From Balamuthia mandrillaris (taxonomy: Eukaryota): a stretch of 64,000 nucleotides of DNA. Below, one piece after another: positions 1 through 16,115 of the stretch (the stretch's first letter is position 1; every line of letters starts with the position of its first letter). Location of the stretch: contig JAVKOQ020000028.1 of the NCBI GenBank assembly GCA_031835245.2, positions 1-64,000 of the forward strand, given 5' to 3'. A program made the position numbers and the translations under genes. The notes under the pieces were generated by a model, which had not been told where the DNA came from, did not search any database, and worked only from the letters and a program-made list of their open reading frames with translations.

Positions 1-1147
1 CTCGAAGCGCCAGTATTTACATGGAGAGCTGAGGATGAGGGAGTAAGAGAAGTAAGAGTACACTATGTATGTACAATGCTTACTTTTTTATGTATAGATT
101 GGTGTTGCTCTCAGAGCAAATAAACTTTTTATTACTACTACTACTACATGGAGAGCTGGAAAATGAAAGAGCATTGTGGACTATGTGGTAGCATGGAGAT
201 GGACGGGCAAGGTAGTTGGTGACGGATGGCAAGCTTGGACTGATCATTGACCACTGGTAGTCGAGTTGAAGGACTCAGCAGATAATTGCGGCGGGGTTTG
301 GATGGAACGATGGAAGTGGAAGTCCTACTCAGAGGAAGATCGCAAGAGGAGGTGGAGGGAGTACAAACACGGGTGCAAGCGTTTCTTCAAAGGAGAGGAA
401 TGGAAGGCCATGGTCAAGAAAACACGGGAGGGAGCAGCTACTGTTGAAGATCTTTGGAGCAAGTGGAAAAAAGGATTGTGGAATTGTGCAATGAGATGGT
501 TTGGTAGAGAAAGGAGACTGATAGGAGCAACAACGAGCAGGGCAAGGAAGCCATGGTGGACAGCAGAGTTAACATCCTTGAACAAGCAGGTAGTGATAGC
601 CCATGCTCAGTGGCTAAGAGAAGGAAAGAATAATGGAAAGGCCAGAGAGGAATTTGTGGAACTCAGGAAAAGGTTTGTGAAGTTGTGAAGAGCCAACAAA
701 TGGGACTGGATGAAGTGGAGGAGACAAGAGAACATCAAGGAAATGCAGAAATGGATCGACAACATGTGGAGGATAGTGGCAAAGCGTAGAGCAGAGGCAT
801 CAAGAGGAAGCAGGTCCAGAAGGACCGCCTTGGTCTGGTAGTAACTGGCTTAAGAAGGAGAGTTTTAATCTTGCATGGAGGAAAAGATTGAAGGTGGGCA
901 AAGCAGCTGGTGTGGACAATATTGATGGGGAAATGATGAAGTATGGAGATAAACATGTGCAAGATGCAACTTGGATGCTGATCAAGACCATCGAGAACCA
1001 AGGCATATTCCCCAAGGAGTGAAAACATTGCCAGGGCGGATTTAGAAAAGGAAGGGGAGTCATAGATCAGGTGTGGTGATTGAAGAAATGCCTGATGAAG
1101 AAAAGCAGGTAAGTCAGAGCAAATAAACTTCTTACTACTACTACTAC
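1..1147 (+). mobile_element. Degenerate non-LTR (LINE, APE-endonuclease/RT) retrotransposon fragment
   Basis: Manual translation gives APE C-terminal motifs (FTWRAGK*KSIVDYVV; TDH*PLVVEL), the linker motif KPWW (ORF 266-688) and the RT-entry motif LKVGKAAGVDNIDGEMMKYG...IFPKE*K (~888-1025), with in-frame stops. It ends in AATAAA plus a (TAC)n tail at 1114-1147. Confidence 0.85.
32..144 (+). mobile_element. Short 5'-truncated retroposed insert with (TAC)n tail, nested in the LINE
   Basis: Flanked by a 14-bp direct repeat TACATGGAGAGCTG (18-31 and 145-158). Its end, TCAGAGCAAATAAACTT..(TAC)n, matches 1114-1147. Removing it restores the FTWRAG reading frame. Confidence 0.8.
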
Positions 1148-2593
1148 TTGTATTCTTTACTTTTAGTAAATTAATTTCAAGTCTCATTCTTATTTACAAC
1201 AAAATGGACAGGGCCAAAACATATTATTCAAGAGAAAACAAGGGAATAAAAGGTGTCAAGAAGGAAAGGTATGGTGTGAACAAAACAAGACTTACTAACT
1301 TAAAGAAAGAGAGAAGGAAACAACAGAATAAAAGGAAGAAGCTTAGTAATGTGACAACAAGTGATTGGTCCCTGTCATACATGTCAACAGGATGAAAAGG
1401 AAAAGACAGGGGCAACAGAGCTAATATGTTGAGAGTAATTCTTGTTCTCTTTTTTATCTTCCTCTTTCTCTTCTTTTACTTGAAGGACTTATTTTGTTGG
1501 CAATATAATTTCCTTCCTTTTCATTCAATATGTTCAACTCCCATTTTTCTCTTTGTTTCTTTTTTGGTTTTGCACTAGTGCTCAGGTTCTAATATACAAA
1601 TGGTAAGCAAGGAAGTGTGTATGTGCACTAATAAAAATAAAAAAAAGAAGTGCTATATATGCAATAAAATAATTAGACCCATTGTGTTGGAAAACCAACC
1701 ATTTCTTTCATTATGACTTCTTGTCAACACTCTCTCCAATACCTCCAAATTTTCTCACCCTTTTTATTTTCTCCTTTTTCTCACAACACATTCAAAGTAC
1801 ACACTTTGGTCCACATCCCTTTACTTGTGAACAAACCAAGAGTTGCTTATGTACCGTCCCTTTCTTGATCTGCAGGGTTATTCCCCATTGGCACATTTTC
1901 TTTGTTGCTGCCCTATATACATTCAATGCATTACAATTCCTTTGTTGGCAAAATCACAAACACTTATCTCAAGACTCCTCATGGTGGATCCGTCCCGGAC
2001 CCTCAGCTCTTCTTTCTTTTATATCCCCCCATCCTTCCTTTCTCCTCTTTCCCTTTTCCCTCGGTGTACTTTGAAGCAACGTCGGAGATTCACTCTCGTT
2101 GTCCTTCCTCTATTCTCTTGAATACACTTCTTGTCTCGTCACCGACTCTTTTATTCCTAAGGTTGGATTTAACCAACACCTTACAAATTCTGACTCTATT
2201 AGTTTGCTACAGTGTATTATGAACAACAAGTTTGTATATAAACTTAGTATAAACAAAAGAAAAGCAATTGTTTTATTTTTCAACTAATAACATAAGACAT
2301 AATATCTTTATTTAGTCACCTATTCACCTTACACTTCCCAAAATTTCCATTGCTTCTCAAAATATCATTTAACATTAAATAAAGTTATTTTAATTTAGTA
2401 TCATGTTCACTAAAGTGTTGAAGTTAATTATTTTTACCATAATTATTTTTTAAAAAGGGACACCCTTTTTAGTTTAGAACATGTTAAATTTATTTTTTCA
2501 AAATAATGTCCAAAAAGGAACACCCTGTTTAGTTTAGAATGTGTTATAAACAACAAGAGTACATTATGGAAAAGGTAAATAAATATTTTAAAC

Positions 2594-4611
2594 TTATTCC
2601 TTTGTTATTTCTTTGTTATTTTGATTACTTCTTTTTTTTAATACAGATTTCAATTCTGATACTATTGCCAACTGGCTTTGTATTTCTAGGTGAGTTGATA
2701 ATTTTTTTTCTTCTTTTAACTTTCTTTCTTTAATTCGTTCTTGCCTACTTTTCTTTTGTATTAATGGTTTGTTTTCATTTTTTGTACTAGTGTAAGCCAC
2801 AAAAACTTGTTCACTAATAGGTATATTCAATGTTTGGGTTGTTTTCTCTTTTTTATCTAAAGTTTGCAAGACTTTTACATTGTGAGCTAATCTTAAAAAT
2901 ATCTTTATCAAAAAGAAAATCCTTACTTGAATGAAAGTTTTGAACTGAATGTTCAGCAGCATTATGAATAGGATACATTGAAGAAAAATCCATAATGGGT
3001 ATCAATGCTCGTTGTAAATGTGCATGACTTTGTTGCCATAAAAATAAAGCATAATCCAATTCTGCTTTTGTAGCTTGGAAGTTCTCCAAATGATTATCTA
3101 GGGTCTGTTGTATTTTATTATCTAAATGAAGATATTAGAGAAAAACATTTGTGAATTGATAAATATGAACCATAACCTTCATTGTTTCCTTGCTCTATAT
3201 TTTCAAGTAAAACAGTTAAATCTTGTTCACAAAGTTCTAGTTTGACTTGAATGCCCTGAAGTTGATATTTCAATCGCTTCAGAGTTTTCAAGAATTTTTG
3301 GCTACATTTCGGTGCTACTTTAATACCAAGAACTTTTGTTGATATTTTATCTTGTGTATTTTCCATTGTAACTCTACTCAACAGCTTGTTTTTCCAAATA
3401 GTGGTTATATTGGTTGTTTCAACCATAAGATTTGCTTTTAAGCTATGGATTTCTCTTCCTTTCTTGAATGGTGCTTTGATAATAAAGAGGTTACTAATCA
3501 TTAAAAAGAAATAACCAAGTTGATTGTACCTTCACAAAACTGCTTGAGCCACACCTTTGGATAAAAATGAGATATAAATTGCTTCAAAAAGCAGTGCCGC
3601 ATAGACTTGAGGTGGAGGAGAGACAAGTCTTCTACATCATCAGAATATTTTAATGGCTCGGCTGCTCTTCCTAAGTAGCGCATCATACGAGCCAACGAGG
3701 AATTCACGCCTTGTCGTAAATCCATTAGCTTTCTTTGACCACTGTTGCATTCTAGTCTGGTAATCGGTGAAGATGGGGAAGACCTAATGGAGAGAAAGAA
3801 AGAAGAAAGTAAAACAATAGCCCAAAATAAGGAAGAACCATGTGGCGTACAAGCGATAGCCATGTGAAATGAGTTCCATTTCTTGAATGCATTGCAAGCA
3901 CTGTTGCAAAGAACGTTGATAGGCAGTGTATTCCACCACTAGCTCATGGAGCAGCCGCATGTTTTGTGCATGTTGGTAATGTAACAACCACATAAACTGT
4001 ATCAGAGTGGTCACTAAAGGAAAGAGCAAGTGGGAGAATAACGCCAAAATACGAACCACTCGTGCAGGAACCCCACTCAACAGGATTACCAACAACAGCA
4101 TCACCAATGCCCACAACTCTGAAATAAAAAATGTCAACAATGCTACCGCTGTGCCCAAAGCTACCACAACAAGTAGCCCCCAGTGGTTTTGCTTGTCCAG
4201 AATAAAAGGTTCGCTAACTGTGCACTCTTGATGGTTGGTAGGTGTTGCCACAGATGAGAGCGTGCAAAGTACTGAATGATAGCGGTGACGCCAATATTCA
4301 AAGGCTTCCCTTTTGATCCTACTGAACAGAGGGCGTGCGACTGTGCTGCGGCATGCTTGCGTTTGGTCTTTTGATTCTTCTACCATAACGTGGTCCCATT
4401 TCTCCTCGTTCAACCGTTCTACTTCAAATGAGTTCTCATCTGCAACCACTATTTCATATATATATATATCAGCGGAGGCGGTCTGAAACCAATAATGCTA
4501 ACACAACTCACCTTTCAGATATCTTGCAAGAGGAGAGTTCTCCAACAAAACATCCTCTTCTTCCCACAGTTCCCCTCCTTCAGCTTCGTCGAGGTTCACG
4601 CCCTCGCTCAT
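2594..4611 (-). CDS. VEZT: Vezatin-like membrane protein (multi-exon; 3' end approximate)
   Basis: Exon 1 (4611-4512) MSEG...EEDVLLENSPLARYLK resembles the vezatin N-terminus. Two hydrophobic helices follow, then CIQEMELISHGYRL|SSPSSPITRLE, which matches the vezatin-domain signature. Confidence 0.75.
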
Positions 4612-4981
4612 CCCTACGTCACGCTGTGATAGAGAGACTGCCACAGCCGTACTGCGAGGCAGCTGCAGGCCACACTACTTCTTCCCACAGCTGCTTTCTG
4701 CTGGCCTGCTGCCAAAGAGGAGGCCTCTCCACTTTTTTGAGAACAAACCAAAAAAAAGGGGAGGAAGAGGCGTGGTATGGTTCACCACAGGGGGGGAAGA
4801 AAGAGAACGACCAGACGACACAGGGGGGGTTGTAAACAAAGAAAAAAAATACAATACAGCTGCCAGGGAAAAGAGAGAGCAATTGAGAGAAAAGGTGGAG
4901 GCATGAAACTAAAACCAACACAGAAAGATAGTCGTAAAGATTGTATTGTACTAATAATAATAATAATATATTCACCCAGGG

Positions 4982-5041
4982 TCATGGCTTCTTGTCCTTT
5001 CTGCTCACTGCTCATTGTATTCGTTAGATCATGGCATCCAC

Positions 5042-5106
<65 letters not shown>

Positions 5107-6700
5107 CAGAGAGACAGAGAGACAGAGAGACAGAGAGACAGAGAGACAGAGAGACAGAGAGAGAGAAGCGCGTACATGTCTCAAAGCTACTAAACGGATT
5201 GTGTGAATTTTTGGAGTGATCACTTTCACCGCCAGAAGACTCTTCCTCCGAAGAGTCCCTGTCTTCAGGGCGATGCGTGATGAGGCTTTGTACATGGCGT
5301 TTGGAGGGCACTATTGGAGGCGTTTGATTACGCAGCAATGCCCAATTAACCTTGCCCTTGAAAAAGGGATGCTCTTTGATGTCAGCAGCACCGTGCTCGG
5401 AGCCCAGCCTTTTTTTTGGTTCCTTGTCTAGAAGTTTCTTGATCAAGTTTTTGGCGTCCTTGCTGATCTGTAATGCAAAAGGTGTTAGTGACCATGAGTT
5501 AACTGCTTCTTCCATCCAAAAAACAAACAAACAAACAAACAAACAAACAAACAAACAAACAAACAAACAAACAAACAAACAAACAAACAAACAAACAAAC
5601 AAACAAGCAAGCAAACAAACAAGCAAACAAACAAGCAAAATAAAACAACACAACACAACACAACACAACACAACACAACACAACACAACACAACACAACA
5701 CAACACAACACAACACAACACAACACAACACAACACAACACAAAACAAACAAAACAAACAGAAAGAAATGGTAGGGCAATGTACTGGAGGATGTTCTGGA
5801 AATCGAGGAGTGCCCCCGTGCAAAATATGTTCAAATGTGTCGTCTCTTGTTTTGCCTCGAAACGGTGTGAAGCCATACTTTAAGCATAGAGGAAGAAGGG
5901 AGCGCAAAGTAGGTCAACAAACATGTGGTGGTGGCAAATATATAGAATGAGAGCCAACAGGGGAGAGTTGAGGTAGCACGTACCAGCATTTCGTAGAGCA
6001 GAATTCCAAATGTCCACCAATCAACAGAGCTAGTGTGTCCAAAGCCTTCAATGACCTCTGGAGCGATGTATTCCTCCGTTCCAACAAACGAGTTGGTCAC
6101 AACAGCTGGACGCGTATCCAGCTTTAGTTTACCAGTAAACATTTGCTTAACGACCTTTGGATTTACGGGGGTTACGGCCTGCTTGGACAAGTCGAAGTCC
6201 GTCAGCATGATATGCCCCGATTCGCTGAGCAACAAATTCTCAGGCTTTAAATCTGTGGTGGAGGGAATACCGCAAAAAGTTGTTGTCAGAGGCCAGGCCA
6301 TCCATAATGACAAAATATGTTGGACTCAACTTACCTCTATAAATGAATCCCATCATGTGCAAATACTCAAGAGCCATCAATACCTCTGCTCCGTAGAAGC
6401 GCACTTGGTCCTCTATTCCAACAAAAGCAAGTCAATACTCTCGAAGTCATCTTAGGCAATACGAAAAAAAAAAATGGGCATCGTAACGATCGAACAAAGA
6501 GGTACCTGTAAGACAGCGTCCGGGTTGGCGTTGTAACACACGGAAAAACTCACCACCAGCACAGTAGTCCATGATCAGATAGAGCTTGTTTTTCGTTTGG
6601 AAAGAAAAGTGCAGAGTCACGATGAACGGATGGTCTGATGTTGCCAATATTTCTCTTTCCGTAAGGGCACGTTTTACCTTCGAGTAGTAGCAGAAATGGA

Positions 6701-6742
<42 letters not shown>

Positions 6743-7686
6743 AGAGAAGAGAGGGAGGAAGAACACAGAATGCAAAGAAGTTAGGCCCAGCATAAATAAA
6801 AAATGAGGAAGGAGGGGAGTAGAAGGTGCACCTTGTTTCTTTTGATCATTTCCCGCTTGTCTAGAACTTTCATAGCGTAAAGCTTGTTGGTTTTGTTGTG
6901 CTTGACTAACCATACTTTACCGACATCACCCCTTCCTAATATTTTGATCTTCGTGAAGTCTTCGCGGCAAACTTCTTCTTCCTTGTTGCTATTCTTCTTT
7001 TTCTTGCCCTTTTTCTTTTCTTTGTCTTCGCTTTTAAAGGACGAAGAAGAGGAAGTAGTGGAAGTTTTCCGTTCTTTGGACTTGGACTTGGGTTTGGTGC
7101 TGCTGGCGCTGCCACCAGCGGTGCTTTCCCGTGGAGAAATGTTGTTATTCGTATTTTCGCTATCGCTACTGTTGCTATCGCTGTCACTGGTGGAAAGAGA
7201 GACGCTGCGAGCGCTTTGCTTGGAGGCAGGCTTATCCCTGTGTTGCTTGCTGGTACCGTCCTCGCTGTGCTCCTTGCTCGAGGCTCTCTCCTTTTCTTTG
7301 TGTTTGGTTTTTTTGGGCGGGGCTGCTTCTCTTTCCTTCGCAGGTCTTTCGGTGGGGTTCTCTGGCTCCTTGCCTTCCTGTTCTTCCTGCTCTTCCTGTT
7401 CCCTAGTCTCGCGCTCGCCTTTTCTTGCTTGTTCTTCCTTTCTGCCGTCCGTCTCTTCCCCTTTACTGCTATACTCATCTTTCGTTTTACTTCTTTTTCT
7501 GGTGGTAGCGGCGCTTTCATCAGTATCTTCACCAGCGCTGGTGGCCTTGCTCCCCTTTTCTTTTTTCTCTGTGGCCTTATTTTTCTCCCTGTCTTTGTGG
7601 GCTTTGTTCGCTTTGCTTGCAGCAGACTTGTGGCCTTTGCTGCTGCTGCTGCTACTACTCGTTGAAATGGTGGTGGTGGTTTCCAT
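4982..7686 (-). CDS. AGC Ser/Thr kinase, KIN82/FPK1/nrc-2 (phototropin-kinase-like) type
   Basis: [29 protein letters not shown], the DFDLS variant of [19 protein letters not shown] and [13 protein letters not shown]. Charged low-complexity N-terminus. The final exon LSRKDKKP* was inferred from splice sites. Confidence 0.9.
5046..5166. repeat. (GA)n/(GAGACAGA)n microsatellite in kinase intron
   Basis: Directly visible. Confidence 0.95.
5518..5760. repeat. Compound (AAAC)n/(CACAA)n microsatellite in kinase intron
   Basis: Directly visible. Confidence 0.95.
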
Positions 7687-8230
7687 TCTGGTGCCCTCTC
7701 TTCCACTTGCCGCTTTGCCTGGTCTGTTGGGGAAACCTTTAGCCAAGCGTACTAGTAGTAGTAGTGGTAGTAGTAGTAAGTAGCCTTGCCTCAAAGAAAG
7801 AAACCTAGTGGCCAGTAGTAGGATGGGCAGGGAAAGGGAGGGGAGGGAAGGGAGGGGGTCAAAATTTGGGGTAGCAGCAGCAGCAAAGGTAAAGTGGAAA
7901 CGAGCCGGTGGTGGTGGTGGGCGACGACAGAATATCCATGAAATTTTTGCCTCCCTGCCTGGGGGGTGAGACAGTGGCCAAACCCTAACATTGCAAAGAA
8001 GAGGGGCACCCCGAACCTAACCTAACCTGGCTTTGGTCCCCCCCCTACCCAAAGCACACCCACAAACAACAGCCAGCAGAAGAAGAAGAACAAGACGGGA
8101 GTAAAAAACACAGGGATCCCTGGCGCTGCTAAAGGGCCTTTGCTGCTGTTTTTCCGCTCAACACCTGTCTACTCCTCCACTTATATTGTGTTAGCAGTCA
8201 GCGGGTTGTCCTTTGGGATAGCTGCAACAA

Positions 8231-10731
<2,501 letters not shown>

Positions 10732-10773
10732 CCGCTTTGTATAGTAAATGTTTCAGGTCTCACTTTTTTCGTT

Positions 10774-10822
<49 letters not shown>

Positions 10823-10909
10823 CAGAGAGACAGAGAGACAGAGAATGATAAGCATAGTTGGTTGTTTAAATACCAGCCAAAGATTAAATTAGAAGCAACG
10901 CTTTGAATT

Positions 10910-13900
10910 CTAAGATAGAAGGTCATTTTCCTTGGCAAGTTGGAATAGCAACTCCTCAGAGAAGAACGTGTTGATGGAAACATCTTCGCTGAGTCCTTTG
11001 CGTCTACGCGTCTTGACCATAAATTCGCGCGCAAGATGAGGGATGGGGCTGGGCTCCAACGGCCGCAGAGTTATACTTTTATCTAAAGGATCACCCGGAA
11101 CTATCTCCCAATGGTCAAAAACGGATAGGCAAAAGGCTTGCCCCTGTGTATGTGAGCGAAGGTCTGTCTCGAAGCCAAATGAATCGATAACTGGTAGGTA
11201 CGCCTTGATAGTATATAACGGGGTGCCGGGTTTTGGTTCATCTTGTGTGACGTGTCCTCTGTTTTGTAAAAGCACAAGAATGATTCATTAAATATGAAAC
11301 CAAAATCATTAAATATGTCACATAGGGAAATAGGACGTACCGCCTTCGCGAAAGGACAGTGTAGATGGGAGCAACACAGTCAGGAGGGGCTTGTATTTCT
11401 ACATGATAAACAGGCTCCATGAGGCGAGGAGTAGCCAACAAGAAGGCAGAATAAGCTACACGTCTAGCGGTGGGGATCATTTGGCCGCCGCCACGATGAA
11501 TGACTTCTGGGGCAAGGGACGCATCCAAAATACGGAATTTGACATTTCTGATTGCTATAAAACACCGAAGTAAAGTCAGTGAGAGGCTGAACCTCGGGAA
11601 TGGGAAAGAAATAAGCACGTACGTTCTTCACATAAAGGACCCTCCCTGGTTGCCCATTGGAAGCCCTGGACAATGGAGTCTCGTGTGGAGTTCAACAATG
11701 TTTTATCAACCTGCAATGAGAAGAGGATGGTGTGAATAATATTGGCGACAAAACATTAACGAATCACAGTAGAAGAGGAATCACAAACAGTACCTCGGTA
11801 CTCAGTGTATCATCAAGCAGAACGTTGGGGCCGGTGACTGGGTGTGGCCCAAATGCCCAAACAGAACGAGCAGCAAGAATGTCCCATCCATACTTGTCCC
11901 TCAAAAAGGAGTAAAGTTGTTTGCTGCTTCCTTGCCCAGTGAGAACGCCAGCTTCGATATCTTCCGCAAGCCCCTTTTCCAAAGGTTCTGCTATCATTGT
12001 CAATTTGTTCCTGTCAAATTGAATGGCCACAGTATAAGCTTTCAAACAAACAATAGCTCGCACAAAAAGCAAATAAGTCATATAACAGTAAACAGGGATG
12101 GCGTACTTTTTGTTTGGGGTATCCGCAAAGCATTTCAAAGATGAAGTTTCCACCACTGTCTCGCAGAAGGAAACAACTGGATCAGCAACCTTGATTTCTA
12201 TTTCAGCATACATTTTTCGTAGATCATGCATTACACAGTCCAAATAGAGTTCTCCAGTGCCCAAAATAACGTGTTCTCCTGACTCTTCCACCTACAGACA
12301 GCGAAGAAAGTCAGGACAGAAAGGCTGAGAATTATTGGGAGGGCAGGAATGAGTACCTTTGTTGTTACCAGTGGGTAGCTTTTGTTGATTTTGCGAAGAC
12401 CTTCCAGCATCTTTGGAAGCTCTGAGGGATTCAACGGCTCCACTGCAATCTTCATTGCAGAAACGGTGTTGAAGTTGAGCGGCTTAAAAATGTAGGGACC
12501 CTCCTCATTGACAGGCAAATCCGCTAAGGTGATAGTTGCAGTTTTCATGATGGAAGCGTCCACTCCCTCCAACAGAACCCAAGCCCCAGCAGGAGCTCTG
12601 TTCACGGGGATGCGATACCTGGCCTCAAAGATCCAGATTTTGGTAACCTCGCACAAGGCCATGTCTTCCTGATCATCGATTGTGTAGCCCTCTCCCAGCA
12701 CACGCAGCTGATCCCCTTCGTGAATAGTGCCGCTGAACACACGGCCAAAGGCGTCGAATCCCTTGCAGTCAGGTTTACAGTACAGCTTACTTATATGGAT
12801 CATCAACGGACCCTTTGAGTTGCAAGAGAACATTGCCTCTGCGACTTTGCCTTGGAGGGGACCCGTGTAAATGTGCTCTATCTTTAGAATGCACGTCCCA
12901 AGAATAGACAAACGTAAGAAGACATTCAACATTTAAACAAACAAAAAACCAAACACCGACAATTCAAAGTAAACTCAGAAGGAGAAAAAACCTTTGCTTT
13001 GGCACCTTCAGTGGGCGACGGAAAGAATCGAGAACACATTGATACAAAGCCAGTTGCTGTGCCAAAGAATTCGCTGAGTACGAGTTTGAGCAACGGGCGT
13101 ACGTCCAAATTAAAGTGCTCTTTGCGTAGTCGGATGCCAAGTTCATCGAGCGTTCTCTATGAATAAAAATTACAGATAACGCAGCGATCAGAGAAGAAGA
13201 AGCAGAAGAAGAAGAACAGCAGAAGCTAAGCATTGGTGCATACCTGAAGCACTTTCTTTTCCTCCCCAACGATTTGACTGTAGATTTTGTAAAGGGGTTC
13301 AAGAATAAATTGCACAAAGGTTCTAATGCCACCACCAGGAGGCGGCTTTTTGCGGAAGGAGCGATTCTCCGGGTAGAAGTAAACGTCACCCCAAAGTCGC
13401 TTGGCAAAGGCCTCCGGAGCAAAGCTTGCACCTTGGAAATAAATCAAACCATGGATGATCGTGGTTAGTTGAAAAAGAAGTTAAAAAATGAAATAACGAA
13501 ATAAAGCAACCATGGGTTTCCGCATACAGAGCAGCAAAGGAGTCCAATGTGAAAGACCAGCCCATAAGTCCACTGGCAAAGCAAACATTACCCAACTCAG
13601 GAGAAAGGCGCTTGGTGCGGCTATTGGGCAAAGTCTTAAGTAGAGTGTTCACCTCATCGATGGTATGTCGCAACTTGTAGTAGGCCTCTGCTGGAGGCAA
13701 TTTCAGCTCCAAGATGAGACGGTCGACCTTATTGACGACCAGGCAAATCGGTAAACCCTCCTGCACAGCGTGCTTGATCACCCGTTCCGTTTGTACCATA
13801 ACTCCCTCCACTGCATCCGCAACAACGACAGCCCCATCGCATAGCCTAAGGGCGGCGGTCACCTCGTCGGAGAAGTTGACATGACCTGGTGTGTCGAATA

Positions 13901-14726
13901 GGTTTATGAGGTACGACTTGCCTTTCGTGTTGGGCATCAAAAGTGACATTGGAACGGCCTTTATGCTCAGCATTCTTTCCTGTTCGTCAATGCGGTAGTC
14001 TGTGTAGCGTACTTCTTTGTCCAGCGGCCACTCCTTTTCATGTGTTTGTTGAATGAGCATGTCCATGAAGGTGGTCTTTCCGTGGTGGAGGTGCCCCACA
14101 ATACCAACGTGCCTAACCATGGCTGGGTGGTCAGTCATACCCGCCAAGTAACTGTAGAGTGAAAAAAAAACAACATCGATTTTTTTAAAAAATGCCAGTG
14201 AGCGGAAGCAAAAGTGCACTCGGGGTAAAAACAGAAAAGAAGTACGCACTCCTTGGAGTAAGTAGTGTCCGGGATCGTTTTTTCCAGCAGATGAAATCGC
14301 ATATCTTTGATGGGAGCAATGATGGGTTCCGTCAATGGTTGTGTGTCTTCATCCTGCACCAGCGCCTCGGCATCTCCAAATACCTCTTCGGCAGAAGGGT
14401 AGTACTTCTTATCTTCATAGAGCACCACTGCAGAAGACCGCCCGCTTATTGGCTCTACAGGGTGTGATACATGGCGAGTGGAGCTGTTAGAAACCTCGTC
14501 TCGCAAAGCAAAAAACACAAGAATAGAATGGAAGTTTTAAAAAAAAACACGTACCTTCCTCTTGTCGCTCCTCATCCATTTGGTCCTCTGCGTCTCTTGG
14601 CTCGGCTCCTAACCAAGAGGCCGCGGGTGGCTCCTCCTCTTCCTCCTCTTCCTCCTCCTCCTCCGCATATTCGTCCTCCACGTCGGGGCCGACATAGTTG
14701 CCAAACTCATCGTAAAGCCCTTCCAT
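10910..14726 (-). CDS. EFTUD2: U5 snRNP 116 kDa GTPase (Snu114)
   Basis: [68 protein letters not shown] and [16 protein letters not shown]. Confidence 0.97.
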
Positions 14727-15336
14727 CCCTTCTTTTCCTTGGTTGCTTGCTTGTTGCTGCGGCGGGGCCAGTGCAGTGTTTTTGCTTGCTATTTGGCTTT
14801 TCTCTCTCTTTCTTTGCTTTTTACGGCATTCCCCGCACCCCTCAAGCAAATCAACGATTGATCAACATCCATTATTTTTGGTGATCGGAGATCACCCTCC
14901 AGCAAGCACCTCTGGTTCCCCCATTCCCCTGCTGCTGTCCGGCATGCCGTCGCTTTGGGGGGCACGTCCCCCCCCCGCAGCAACGTACGTCCCCCAGAGA
15001 GGATCCATCTCCAGATAGCCGCCGCTCCATTTGGGTAAAAAGAGGTATGGGTGTCGGTGGTGGCGGCTCAACCAACCAAGCAACCCCACCATTTTGGCTG
15101 AACGCGCAATAAATCGGTTGGTTTGCCGCAACGGTTGGTTTGTCCAAATTAAACAGGAAGCAAAGCGCGAAGAAGAAAGTGGAAAAAGCCACCCCCCACC
15201 CCCAACCCAGCCAGCTCTTCGAAGGAAAAATACAGCAGAAAGCAAAGACGGCAGCAAGGCTGGTGCAGCCAAGGCAAGGCAAGAGACCACCAAACGGAAG
15301 GGTTCTACTAAGGGAAAGTAGTTTTAGTTGAGAAAG

Positions 15337-16074
15337 ATGAGGGTGGGTTTCGCCCCAATAGTGAGCACCGCAACGAGTGCTTCGGGAGAGGGGTTGAGGG
15401 GCGCCGCCCAAACCGAGGAGCAAGAGCTGGCACAGTGCTTGGCCGCCCGCAACGAAATGGTGAGCCTCCTGGAGGAGGTGTTCGAGATCCGCACCTCCTA
15501 TTCCTCCTTCATGCACGGTGGCGGTGCAGCGGCGGCATGGGGTGCTAGCTCAGGCCTGGATAGCTCCTCGGTGGTGGCCTCTGCCGCTTCTCCCAGAGGA
15601 TGGCGCAAGAGCGAACAAATGTACCACCTGCACAAGATGAGCTTCAGCGAGCTGTTGCAGCTGGACGGCGAAAAGCTGAAGAGCACCGGTTCTTCCATCA
15701 TTTTGGAGCACAAAGAGACGGGAGAGGTGCTGGCCTACGAGGAAATTACCGAGATGGAAGAAAAGCTTGTGGAGCTGTTTGGAGAAAACTTGGAAGAGTT
15801 TGACTCGGCCTTTTCCCCATCTACCAACAAAGAAGAGAAGGAGAAGAAAGGCTACCGAGCCGCAACCTCCCTCAAATTGAAAGGCCTCGTTAAGGACAGA
15901 TCCCTCACTTCCGCCGCTGCCTCTTCTTCCTCAGGTGTCTCTTCCCTCTCTCTCGTGGATGCTGCACAAAAGAGAGAGGCTAGAATGAAACTCTGCAAAG
16001 CATTTGGCAAGTCATTCGAGGACTTAAGCGAATCCCTTCGTAGCCAAGAGGCGTTGTTCCAATATCTAGAATCC

Positions 16075-16115
<41 letters not shown>

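Noticed and set aside
1204..2300. Short ORFs between the LINE and vezatin
   Set aside because: No recognisable motifs or consistent exon chain. This may be decayed sequence.
2594..4611. Vezatin outside animals and fungi as a novelty
   Set aside because: Vezatin-like proteins are already known from Dictyostelium.
6884..7783. 299-aa hydrophobic plus-strand ORF
   Set aside because: Antisense shadow of the charged low-complexity kinase N-terminus.
7980..8028. AAACCCTAA and AACCTAACCTAACC, resembling telomeric repeats
   Set aside because: Only 1-3 imperfect units, too short to call an interstitial telomere or telo-box.
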